IMG/VR virus record: IMGVR_UViG_3300033485_000015
Location: 1 to 54,915 of that record
Reading direction: 5' to 3' (one strand)
Length of the DNA stretch: 54,915 nucleotides
DNA from: a virus
Lineage: Duplodnaviria > Caudoviricetes
Shown: in pieces, positions 47,183-54,915 of the stretch
Position numbering within the stretch: the stretch's first letter is position 1
Layout: every line of letters begins with the position of its first letter
Made by a program: the position numbers and the translations under genes
Notes under the pieces: generated by a model
Database searches by the model: none
Told to the model about the DNA's origin: nothing
The model's input: the letters and a program-made list of their open reading frames with translations, nothing else

Positions 47183-47719
47183 CTAACTTACTTGCGCTAA
47201 CTGCGCTTGTATCTTGTTCAGTTGCCTTTCCAGTTCCCTCTTCTTCTCTTCTAAGCGGAACTGGCCTGACTTTACTAGGGCGTCCTGATACCACTTATAC
47301 AAAGCTTCCATAAATGCCCCGATATGCGCGTCTTCTATGTAAAATGTACAATTAAGAGTATCGAAAAAGAAAATGGTGACGTCCTTTAGATATTCATCTA
47401 AGCCAAACTTCTCGTGCAAGTCGTAAAGGCTTATGGTGTTTATGTATACCCTGAATAAGTAAGTATTATATGTCTTACCCTCTAAGTAGTTCGTTATTTC
47501 GCAGCCCTTACTCCTAGTGGACGAGAAATAATCCCGCCAAATCCCCCATCGCATAGGCATATCCTTGTAATAATCTCCAAAGTTCTTAGAGTTCATTGTC
47601 TCCGTATACTTCTCCTTGAGTATCTTCTCTGCAAAAACGGGAATCTTAGCTGCAAACGCTTCAGCTTGTTCCATGCGTTGTTTCAACTTTTCCAATTCTT
47701 CGATATATTCCTTTCTCAT
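47183..47719 (-). CDS. Hypothetical protein
   Basis: GGAG RBS; lies downstream of a tRNA-mimic remnant. Confidence 0.7.
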   Translation of the reverse strand: MRKEYIEELEKLKQRMEQAEAFAAKIPVFAEKILKEKYTETMNSKNFGDYYKDMPMRWGIWRDYFSSTRSKGCEITNYLEGKTYNTYLFRVYINTISLYDLHEKFGLDEYLKDVTIFFFDTLNCTFYIEDAHIGAFMEALYKWYQDALVKSGQFRLEEKKRELERQLNKIQAQLAQVS

Positions 47720-47730
47720 AAGTGCTCCAT

Positions 47731-47808
47731 TTTAATTGTTATATAGTGGGAAGTGGCAGGATATTATACCTTTGCCTCGTCCGGCAATTGCGCGCCCAAT
47801 AAATATAT
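47731..47808 (-). pseudogene. Internally deleted remnant of the 49.2-kb tRNA-mimic locus
   Basis: Shares TTTAATTGTTAT..GGGAAGTGGCAGG and CGCGCC.AATAAATAT with 49145-49331. Confidence 0.65.
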
Positions 47809-47818
47809 CCCTTGGTTA

Positions 47819-48373
47819 TTATTCATTGGCTTGCTCCTTTACCTCTGGTAAAATCTCAAAACATTCACTAGGGAACCAGTAATTATCGTCCTCTATCTCA
47901 AAGAAATCACCCTTACTGCCTCCTCTCCGTAAATAGCTCTTTATATTAATTTCGATGACGCCATTATTTCTTGCAATCTTATTTACTAATTGGCAGAAAG
48001 ACGGCGATACGTTTATCTCATGAATAGGGTCTTGCCCTACAACTTCGCCCCATATATCTAACCAATCTTCTTTTAGCTTCCCAACCATAGACACTGTAAC
48101 TAATTTTCTATCATTCATAGGTTCATAAGTTGCTTCGAAAACATCTCGCTTGCAGGGATGGAACTGACCGTTAAGCCCTTTAACTATATAACCTCGGGGA
48201 GGTACGATTTTTACACCTTCATTGGTATGTATTGTTAAATACGTCCGTTTAAAGTCAACGTCATGCGCCTCACACACCAAAGGGCAAAACTCCTGGATAC
48301 GCGGAACATCCTCCCACGTGCCGTCCCATTGTAGAGCGTCAATAATTATGGATCGCGTTTTATACTTCATCAC
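47819..48373 (-). CDS. Phage protein (PGDYG-like N-terminal domain)
   Basis: ALQWDG, I.T.EG......YIVKG..GQFHPCK.DVFEATYE. Confidence 0.7.
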   Translation of the reverse strand: MMKYKTRSIIIDALQWDGTWEDVPRIQEFCPLVCEAHDVDFKRTYLTIHTNEGVKIVPPRGYIVKGLNGQFHPCKRDVFEATYEPMNDRKLVTVSMVGKLKEDWLDIWGEVVGQDPIHEINVSPSFCQLVNKIARNNGVIEINIKSYLRRGGSKGDFFEIEDDNYWFPSECFEILPEVKEQANE

Positions 48374-48603
48374 TTAAACTCCTCGCTCGGATTAAACCAG
48401 TCCTCTTCGAATATACGCCCAATAGCGTACACCCTAGTATCATCCGCCAATACACGAATACACCGACCTTCCATATCATTCTGTGGGATCGTAATCTGAC
48501 AGTTTACTGTATATATCTTCATAACTACCTCATTCTTTACAGCGTATCACTTTCACATGCGCATTCATTTCTCTTGCAAAACTTAAAGCATGTTCGTAAT
48601 TAC

Positions 48604-49131
48604 CTAAAAGGCTCCCTTCATAATAAATTCAGCCACTTTCTTGGCGTTTTCATTACCAATCTCTCGCGATTTTCTCTCTATTAATTGCTCAATTTCATAT
48701 TCGGAGATTTTCATGCGCTTAACTACGGCGTCTGTGATTCTCTTTTCGATTTCAGTCTTTTTTGATTCTAATATCTCTTCCGCTCTCCTTCTAATGTATT
48801 CCCCAATAGTACAAGTTTCTTTAGGTTCACCCCATTTATTTGTGATGATTGCTGTTCCTGATAGAAACTCTGTAAAGACCTCCCCGATTTTCTCATCGAC
48901 CAGAGCCATATCTGTTAGGCGTTTCTCCTTTGCATCACGAACTGCGCTCTCGTAGAGTTCCTTAGCCTCTTTGACTTCTTTATCAAAATCAATCAGCTTA
49001 ATTCCTTCTTTGGCTAATATACCGGCTAATTGTTCTGCTATATGACGTGACACATCTTTTCTTAAGGAATCTTCATAGAATCCTTCGTTATCCATGTAGT
49101 CTGACATATCTAACTCGACAGTGAACTTCAT
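48604..49131 (-). CDS. Hypothetical coiled-coil protein
   Basis: AGGAG RBS directly downstream of a tRNA-mimic 3' end. Confidence 0.7.
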   Translation of the reverse strand: MKFTVELDMSDYMDNEGFYEDSLRKDVSRHIAEQLAGILAKEGIKLIDFDKEVKEAKELYESAVRDAKEKRLTDMALVDEKIGEVFTEFLSGTAIITNKWGEPKETCTIGEYIRRRAEEILESKKTEIEKRITDAVVKRMKISEYEIEQLIERKSREIGNENAKKVAEFIMKGAF

Positions 49132-49157
49132 ATCATTACTCCTGTTTAATTGTTATC

Positions 49158-49301
49158 TGGCGGGAAGTGGCAGGGCGTTACTCCTGCTCTGGCATCTTCA
49201 AGCGAGAAGGACTATTGGGCGTTTACCACAACTTACAAGGCTCTCTATCGCACCAGACGGCTCCTTGTTCCTGCGTGTCTACTTTCCACGCCGCACTTCC
49301 C
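49158..49301 (-). ncRNA. 144-nt tRNA-mimic with an 8-bp acceptor and CCA
   Basis: GGGAAGTG/CACTTCCC-GCCA; GCGTG/CACGC D-stem; GCAGG-AGTAACGC-CCTGC T-arm; long internal insert. Confidence 0.65.
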
Positions 49302-49308
49302 ATAAAAT

Positions 49309-49531
49309 CCGCCCCCGCGCCAAATAAATATTTACCACTTCTATAAAATGCGGGGGCGGTCGGCTACTGTGGGAATCTCACCCGTTCGCCTAACCCTTGC
49401 GGGTATTCTTTTTACATGTGTATGGCGTTTCGGAGTTTCACCGAAAGGTAGGTTTCTTAAATTGTCCCACTCCTACCGTGGAAGGAATCCAGCCGCCTAA
49501 AGGCTATTTAAAAGGCTAACCCCATACACAT
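49309..49531 (-). ncRNA. Structured non-coding region
   Basis: 10-bp inverted repeats 49309-18/49350-59 and 49416-25/49522-31; GCAA tetraloop and T-loop-like hairpins. Confidence 0.5.
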
Positions 49532-49541
49532 ATACGCTTGG

Positions 49542-49934
49542 TTATATTGCGCATTCACCAAGCTGACCCTTGCGGGTGTTCTGCTTAATAAACGCAAGCA
49601 CCTCGTCAGACTGTAAATCCCACTCAGCATTAGCTATCACCATAGCCTCGGCCTCCTCTTGCGTCATGAAACTATACTCTAAATAATCCCTCCCGAAGGC
49701 ATATAATCGCTTATCATAGTCCACTTGATCAATAGGCTTGCCATCCTTACCCACGCAATCACCAAACTCGCCAACAAACGCGTCACACCCCGAGCAGGAG
49801 CCATAACTACCAGTTACCCAGCCAGTCTTGCCTTCATACGTCACCAACGCCCCCCAGGAGCCTCGCCAATCACCGAAAGCCTTCATCACATGGACAGTAG
49901 CTCCTGCCTCTACTAAAGCCATTCTATAAGACAT
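49542..49934 (-). CDS. Phage hypothetical protein with YGSCSGCD motif
   Basis: GDWRG and YGSCSGCD motifs. Confidence 0.65.
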   Translation of the reverse strand: MSYRMALVEAGATVHVMKAFGDWRGSWGALVTYEGKTGWVTGSYGSCSGCDAFVGEFGDCVGKDGKPIDQVDYDKRLYAFGRDYLEYSFMTQEEAEAMVIANAEWDLQSDEVLAFIKQNTRKGQLGECAI

Positions 49935-50193
49935 GCCCAGAACCTCGCTGTGTTTCCCGCTTGGCCTCCTGTATAGAGTCATACAGCTCTTTACACTTGA
50001 TCATAGCTAAGGAACTACTGGTTATGTTAAAAGGTAGCCACTTACCATTCCCGCCATTTACCAAGATTTCAAAATTACCAGTACGGTTACTGATACAGCC
50101 GACTTCCTTATCATTTTCGTCAAAAACACGACCCCAGATATAAGGTTGGTAGGGTACGCGTACTAAGCTTAACGGCATGAGCATTCCTCCCAT
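49924..50193 (-). CDS. Hypothetical protein
   Basis: Early operon ORF. Confidence 0.55.
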   Translation of the reverse strand: MGGMLMPLSLVRVPYQPYIWGRVFDENDKEVGCISNRTGNFEILVNGGNGKWLPFNITSSSLAMIKCKELYDSIQEAKRETQRGSGHVL

Positions 50194-50378
50194 TCATAAT
50201 AATCCGCTCTCCTGGCGTGAACATGCGGTGTGATGTTGTATTGATCAGCAACAAAAGTTTCCGCGTCCTCTAATTTATGAAAATAGGCGATATGGATATA
50301 CTCCACGTCATCCTGCTTTCGAAGAACTTGGTAAATATCCTTATCACCATAATTCCCCTTGATTGTAATTAATTGCAT
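50169..50378 (-). CDS. Hypothetical protein
   Basis: AGGAG RBS. Confidence 0.6.
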   Translation of the reverse strand: MQLITIKGNYGDKDIYQVLRKQDDVEYIHIAYFHKLEDAETFVADQYNITPHVHARRADYYEWEECSCR

Positions 50379-50401
50379 AGTTAAACTCCTTTCTTAAAAG
50401 C

Positions 50402-50442
50402 TGCCCCTAACTATTTGGTTCCGGTTAGGTTAGTTAGGGGCA
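50402..50442. other. 12-bp stem hairpin (processing site or terminator)
   Basis: TGCCCCTAACTA...TAGTTAGGGGCA. Confidence 0.55.
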
Positions 50443-50482
50443 ACCACTCGCGGGTAACGGCAACAATACCAGCAAGTATTCG

Positions 50483-50722
50483 TTAAGCAATAACCCAGTA
50501 GTCCTCAGATTCTGCCTTCTCCATCAACACCCTCGCTAAAGCCTTAGCAACAGGCGTATAGAACCCTACTGGCTGCCTATCGCGGATCATTGCAAGAATA
50601 TGGTCAATGTCGTAAATACCATACTCGTCAGCCATGATCTCGCGAAGTAATTCAACAGGAAGTTCCACATTAACAACCTGTTCCGGCAAGATTACAGTTT
50701 GTTGTTTCAAATTTACCTTCAT
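50483..50722 (-). CDS. Hypothetical protein
   Basis: ATGA overlap; GGAGG RBS. Confidence 0.6.
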   Translation of the reverse strand: MKVNLKQQTVILPEQVVNVELPVELLREIMADEYGIYDIDHILAMIRDRQPVGFYTPVAKALARVLMEKAESEDYWVIA

Positions 50723-51069
50723 ATACCCTCCTTTACCGCTGCACGAACTAAATCAACAATACGTTCCTTAAAAGCAGACGATTTTAACTTACTGAATTGA
50801 TCTCCTAACTCAAGGCTAAGTCGTGGCCGCCGGATAATCTTATGAGATACGCCAAACATTTCAGAAATGTGTACCCCATAAATCTCAGCGAGTTGGTATA
50901 GCCTCCCCGCGCTCACCCGATTAGTGCCCTTCTCGTACTTACTCATTTGTTGATGCGTAATACCTAATAACGTACCAACTTCCTCACGCGAGAAGCCTAA
51001 TTCGTGGCGTAACGCGGTGATCTTATCCGCAATTTGCTTATCCATTGCGCTCGTTGTCTTACTACTCAT
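50719..51069 (-). CDS. Xre-family HTH regulator (alphaproteobacterial type)
   Basis: D..I...I..LR...G.S...LGITHQQMSKYEKGTNRVSAGRL. Confidence 0.88.
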   Translation of the reverse strand: MSSKTTSAMDKQIADKITALRHELGFSREEVGTLLGITHQQMSKYEKGTNRVSAGRLYQLAEIYGVHISEMFGVSHKIIRRPRLSLELGDQFSKLKSSAFKERIVDLVRAAVKEGI

Positions 51070-51236
51070 CGGCTTAGTACCTCCTGGCAATATCCTACAT
51101 CGTGACCCAGCGCAACACAGTTAGCCACATCACGTCCGTTGTTATACCCAATAACAAATAGCAAAGCTGAAATCACCACGATTCCCGCTAACGCCATTTT
51201 CCACGCATAATTGTCTTGTTTGTATTTTAAAGTCAT
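51066..51236 (-). CDS. Small membrane protein
   Basis: ATG follows the repeated leader; single TM segment. Confidence 0.6.
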   Translation of the reverse strand: MTLKYKQDNYAWKMALAGIVVISALLFVIGYNNGRDVANCVALGHDVGYCQEVLSR

Positions 51237-51237
51237 G

Positions 51238-51300
51238 TTTGGTTCCTCCATATTTGACTTAGTATAACTCCCTTATACTACCCTATTTTTGGCACGTCAA
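51238..51300 (-). promoter_or_regulatory. Early promoter plus 33-bp repeated leader/RBS
   Basis: TTGACG-17 bp-TATAAG; leader 32/33 identical to 43673-43705. Confidence 0.7.
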
Positions 51301-51309
51301 GAATTATTT

Positions 51310-51603
51310 TCAGTGTACGGTAGAATTTTTTGATTCTTTTTGTAACACGTCAAAAAGACTTGATGCAACCATCGGTTCAACGGCAGGCATTAAACGGTCT
51401 AACGTCTTGTCCATCACGCCGCGAACATGCGCAACATCCGTGCCCGTGGCTATCGCCGCCGTAGCAATAGACAGTGCCGTAACGGTGGTTACGTCTTCCA
51501 GTAACCGCTGAGGATCACCTGAAGGGTTAGACTTCCATAATGCCTCAGCAACAGGTTGTATGCGACGAATCACATCAAGAAGGGATATTTCATTTTTGGT
51601 CAT
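51310..51603 (-). CDS. Hypothetical protein
   Basis: Early operon ORF. Confidence 0.55.
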   Translation of the reverse strand: MTKNEISLLDVIRRIQPVAEALWKSNPSGDPQRLLEDVTTVTALSIATAAIATGTDVAHVRGVMDKTLDRLMPAVEPMVASSLFDVLQKESKNSTVH

Positions 51604-51829
51604 AAGTATCCCGTAATTGCCGCAGATACCAATCTGCTTTTGTTAACTCAAGGATAGGAGCGTCCTTCTTCCCCAGCCTAGCCAGATATTTCATGATTGT
51701 AAACTTCAGCGCACCGCGAAGCTCTACCTTGTTATGCAATAACGCCGCAATGTGGTCTATAGTATCCTCGCCAGATTCCGTCCGGTAGTGCACCGCATTG
51801 CCCTGATCGTCGTATCGCTTATCGTCCAT
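51590..51829 (-). CDS. DUF3310 (T7 gp1.7-like) protein
   Basis: HY....E.TID, MKYLARLGKKD....L.KADWYL. Confidence 0.75.
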   Translation of the reverse strand: MDDKRYDDQGNAVHYRTESGEDTIDHIAALLHNKVELRGALKFTIMKYLARLGKKDAPILELTKADWYLRQLRDTYDQK

Positions 51830-52256
51830 TGATAACCTCCGGTAACTCTTTGCGCAATGCCGAAACGGCCAAGGATAACGTAGCGGAAGGATCAGAAGCG
51901 CGTACCATCCCTAGCCGATACCCAGACGCCTCACACCCCGACGCGCCATCACGACGCAATACAAAATCACACTCCTTGCCCGTCAAACCAACACAGGAGG
52001 TCACATAATGCAGAATATACTGGATTTCCGCCTCTTCCACACCCAGCAACGCAAAAGAAGGGCTGATATACGGCAGGAGGACGTCATACCCGTGGTATTG
52101 ATCCAACGGGTTAATGTCCGCACGCACCAGCACAAAAGGAACATGCCGCAACGACCCCGAAAGTACCTTGCATACCAAAGCAACCCGATCCCCACTCCGC
52201 GACCCACGCACAGAAAATAACGTAGCATGTCGCTTTAACTCTAACCAATGTGTCAT
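51819..52256 (-). CDS. Hypothetical protein
   Basis: GGAGG RBS; TAATG overlap with the upstream gene. Confidence 0.55.
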   Translation of the reverse strand: MTHWLELKRHATLFSVRGSRSGDRVALVCKVLSGSLRHVPFVLVRADINPLDQYHGYDVLLPYISPSFALLGVEEAEIQYILHYVTSCVGLTGKECDFVLRRDGASGCEASGYRLGMVRASDPSATLSLAVSALRKELPEVINGR

Positions 52257-52666
52257 TACTTAACCTCCATAATATAACCAAACGACCGCCGCACCATGCG
52301 ACGATCATAAAAACGTAACGCCTCCGTGTTATCCACACGGCAATCTAAAATAACAGCACAGCAACCCGCCGCTAACGCATAAGACGCAAGATGGTCAAGC
52401 ATCGCCGCCCCATGCCCGCCGCCCGATTCCGCCGCAGCCAAAGAGTCAATGAATACAACAGAACCAGAATGTAACCGATCCGTAACCTGATACAATGCCG
52501 CTACCTTAAAGTCCTTCTCATACGCCAAACGCCACCCGCCATCATCAAAGATGTTAGTTAGCCTCTTAAACAGGACTTCCTCCGGTTGGTTGTATATACG
52601 CGTGAATAGTGCCGCCGCAGAACGCAGCAACGACCCGTGGTAACATGTCAGATGCCTTATTTCCAT
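52256..52666 (-). CDS. GNAT acetyltransferase
   Basis: FIDSLA....GGGHGAAMLDHL...A...GC..V.LD....N.EALRFY. Confidence 0.8.
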   Translation of the reverse strand: MEIRHLTCYHGSLLRSAAALFTRIYNQPEEVLFKRLTNIFDDGGWRLAYEKDFKVAALYQVTDRLHSGSVVFIDSLAAAESGGGHGAAMLDHLASYALAAGCCAVILDCRVDNTEALRFYDRRMVRRSFGYIMEVK

Positions 52667-52668
52667 AC

Positions 52669-53196
52669 CTACTCCTTCCATAGATTCGTTGTGTATTGAG
52701 GCTGTACATAGCCCAAAGATTCATAAAAGGAACGTAACGCAAAGTATATCTTCCGCCGCTGACGTAACCCCATGCCGCAACACCAGTAAAGCTCCTGGGG
52801 AGTCGCCCGCCGAACCTCGCCCACCGTCCGGAAACCCGCAAACATCAACCGCCGAGTCACCGCTACAGGCAAACCCAAGGAAGGGGTATAATGCGCATCC
52901 GCCCCCTTACCCGTCATCGTGCCCAAGGTTAAGCCCTGATCCAGCAAGCCCCGATGTATCAATGCTATTTTAGCCTCGCCTATGCCAGGAATGTATGAAA
53001 GCTCCAGAGGGTGCATCCCACACAACGTACCTAGATGAGATACACCATAGACCATCAGTGCCCGCCGAATTGCTGGGGATAACCATGTACAGTTTTTTAT
53101 CAAAGTGTCATACACACCACCAGTTAGACGGGTGATTGTGTACATACGAGGTTTAATGTCACGTGGACGGTGCCTTGTGGCTATAGGATCAAGCAT
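52669..53196 (-). CDS. Protein with two tandem RNA polymerase alpha-CTD-like domains
   Basis: LS....RAL..YGV..LG.L....P.EL..IPGIG......I...L...GL.LG repeated twice. Confidence 0.7.
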   Translation of the reverse strand: MLDPIATRHRPRDIKPRMYTITRLTGGVYDTLIKNCTWLSPAIRRALMVYGVSHLGTLCGMHPLELSYIPGIGEAKIALIHRGLLDQGLTLGTMTGKGADAHYTPSLGLPVAVTRRLMFAGFRTVGEVRRATPQELYWCCGMGLRQRRKIYFALRSFYESLGYVQPQYTTNLWKE

Positions 53197-53226
53197 ACGG
53201 TTCCTCCATTAAAAATGCTCTTTGAG

Positions 53227-53255
53227 AAGATAACAGTCGACCGCTGGGTTGTCAA
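53227..53255 (-). promoter_or_regulatory. First early promoter
   Basis: TTGACA-17 bp-TATCTT; ATGGAGGAACC leader. Confidence 0.65.
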
Positions 53256-53272
53256 CGCGTTTTATAATCCCG

Positions 53273-53431
53273 TTATAACCTAGCAGTACTTGCATATATA
53301 TAGCAAAAAAAAAAAAAAAAAAAAAAATTTGAGAAAAAGTAGTGACAAGTGACAGGTTTTGAACATTCTTCTTATATATCAATGAATAAAACCTACCACT
53401 ACTTTTTCTTCAAGTGATGGTAGTGGTAGGT
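53273..53431. repeat. Copy 2 of the duplicated ~160-bp element, containing an A23 run (53305-53327)
   Basis: Collinear with 25281..25438. Confidence 0.9.
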
Positions 53432-53619
53432 AAGTATAAGTATATTAATAGATAGTATATATTAATAGTTGAGTAGTATTATTTGTAGACGACTGAAAAT
53501 ATTTTTATTAAATATATAATAAAATCGTTTTTCCTATATAAAGGATGCTCGGGATGAATAGATTAACCATTTACGGATAAAGAAGAGCAGATCAATTCTG
53601 GGGGATCGTTGGGAAATGG

Positions 53620-53990
53620 GGCTTGATTGTGGGCACCTTATCACCTACCCACAAAAACACTCACCTTTCGGCCGCCGTGAAAAGGGAATCGGGCATAGGT
53701 AGGCGACCGATGGTAGCGGGTAGATGGGCGGCACCCATTGCCCGCCTATTGCTGACCATTATGGGACACTAGGCGACCAAGGACACGCATTAAGCGATAG
53801 CTTAACACCATAACCTTAAGCGAAGCACACCTATAAGAGGTACTCTATCTTTAACCCTTGACCGCCGACCGTCGGTTATGTAATGATGACAACTAGGGGG
53901 AGGGCGCAGGACGATGACCGCTTCCCGATGACTACCCCCTAGGGGGTTAATAGGCCGCTGGCCGCGCCCCTCCCACGAAAAATTTACGCC
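53620..53990. other. Hairpin-rich non-coding region upstream of terS; candidate packaging/terminus region
   Basis: Multiple inverted repeats, palindrome CCCCCTAGGGGG (53935-53946), GC-rich box followed by AAAAATTT. Confidence 0.45.
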
Positions 53991-54032
53991 GGGCATATTT
54001 CGACCCCTAAACTAAAGGTTAATAGGTAATAA

Positions 54033-54497
54033 ATGAGCGAGAAGAAAGGAGTAATGAACATCCCTATCAGTGGAGGTTCTGGTTTATACAAGAAGATGCT
54101 GACGGAGAGTGAGCGGGCATTATATGCTGTAACGCAGATTGGCAGGTTAGATGACGAGATTCGTCTGGTAAGGGTGTTATTGAACACGGCGTTGGAGTTG
54201 CGGGCGAAGATGGAAGCGCACGTGGAGAGCGGCGGGAGGGAAGAAGAAGGCCCTGGGTATAGTTTGATTGAGGTGCGCGAGAAGGAAGAGGAGGGGATTC
54301 CTGCGGAGCGTGTATTTATTAGGAAGAAGGTTGATATTGATGCAAAGATTGACCTGTATTTGAACCGTCTGGCGCGATTAGAGGCGGAGCATATGGCATT
54401 GGCTTCGCATGGTGGGGAAGACCCTCGACAATTTGCGTCGAAATTATTGGAAGTAATGCAAGAGATTAGGCAATCGGACAATGTTGCTGACGCCTAG
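54033..54497 (+). CDS. terS: Terminase small subunit
   Basis: Overlaps the TerL start; GLY and LDDEIRLVR motifs. Confidence 0.72.
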   Translation: MSEKKGVMNIPISGGSGLYKKMLTESERALYAVTQIGRLDDEIRLVRVLLNTALELRAKMEAHVESGGREEEGPGYSLIEVREKEEEGIPAERVFIRKKVDIDAKIDLYLNRLARLEAEHMALASHGGEDPRQFASKLLEVMQEIRQSDNVADA

Positions 54498-54915
54498 ATG
54501 GACGCCGTTAAAGCCGCATCCTGAACAGATTCGTTTAATGACGAGTAACAAGCGATTTCGCTTAGTTCCTGCGGGTCGTCGTTCGGGTAAGACGGAGCGG
54601 GCGAAGAGGTATCTGGTGAAGTCGGCGTTGGAGGAGGCTATTGCGGGTCAGTGGCCGGATTATCGGTATTTCGCGGCGGCACCTACGCGAGATCAGGCGA
54701 AGGCTATTTACTGGAATGATTTGAAGGCGATGTTTCCTGGGTGGTTATTGGATGGCACGCCTCGGGAGTCGGAATTGTGTATCCGGTTGAAGACTGGGAC
54801 GGAGATTTGGGTCTTGGGGATGGACAAGCCGCAGCGGATTGAGGGACGGCCGTGGAATGGCGGGATATTGGATGAATATGCGGATATGAAACCTGAGGTA
54901 TGGGGGGCTAACGTG
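54481..54915 (+). CDS. terL: Terminase large subunit, N-terminal ATPase part (not in the ORF track)
   Basis: My translation gives PHPEQ, Walker A AGRRSGKT, APTRDQAK and Walker B ILDEYAD, running open to the window end. Confidence 0.93.
   Translation, partial: MLLTPRWTPLKPHPEQIRLMTSNKRFRLVPAGRRSGKTERAKRYLVKSALEEAIAGQWPDYRYFAAAPTRDQAKAIYWNDLKAMFPGWLLDGTPRESELCIRLKTGTEIWVLGMDKPQRIEGRPWNGGILDEYADMKPEVWGANV

Noticed and set aside
49158-49301. tmRNA
   Set aside because: Too short, has a paired D-stem, and lacks the G3-U70 alanine identity and a recognisable tag frame.

Overview
The window appears to be a complete, circularly permuted genome of about 54.9 kb from a tailed dsDNA siphophage. The last 6 nt (AACGTG) repeat the first 6 nt, and the terminase large subunit reads in frame across the junction. 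The + strand runs TerS/TerL, portal, head genes, a four-gene glycosyltransferase cassette wedged between the major capsid gene and the head-tail connectors, and tail genes with an alphaproteobacterial GTA-type tail tip. Next come accessory virion proteins and an embedded spanin pair, with no recognisable endolysin. The replication module (SNF2 helicase, SSB-like protein, AEP primase, UvrD, PolA) is interleaved with nucleotide-sugar genes: Gmd, a PMM-like HAD, a HIGH-nucleotidyltransferase/cupin fusion and ColD. The - strand (37.6-53.2 kb) holds small early genes, a two-frame C5 methyltransferase, CsrA-like and tandem RNAP alpha-CTD-like proteins, and a cluster of atypical tRNA-mimic and other structured non-coding elements. 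No integrase was seen, and the host is probably an alphaproteobacterium. Three candidates for new biology stand out: (1) a self-supplied virion glycosylation system (GT107-like, GT-A and CDI-like transferases in the head operon plus a GDP-colitose-type donor pathway); (2) a family of tRNA-mimic RNAs, including a tRNA-Sec-shaped RNA with a second T-arm in place of the anticodon, inside a 290-bp cassette bounded by tRNA 3'-end repeats; (3) a ~160-bp element with exactly conserved spacing, duplicated at near-opposite points of the circle. All family assignments come from recognising motifs by eye, not from database searches.
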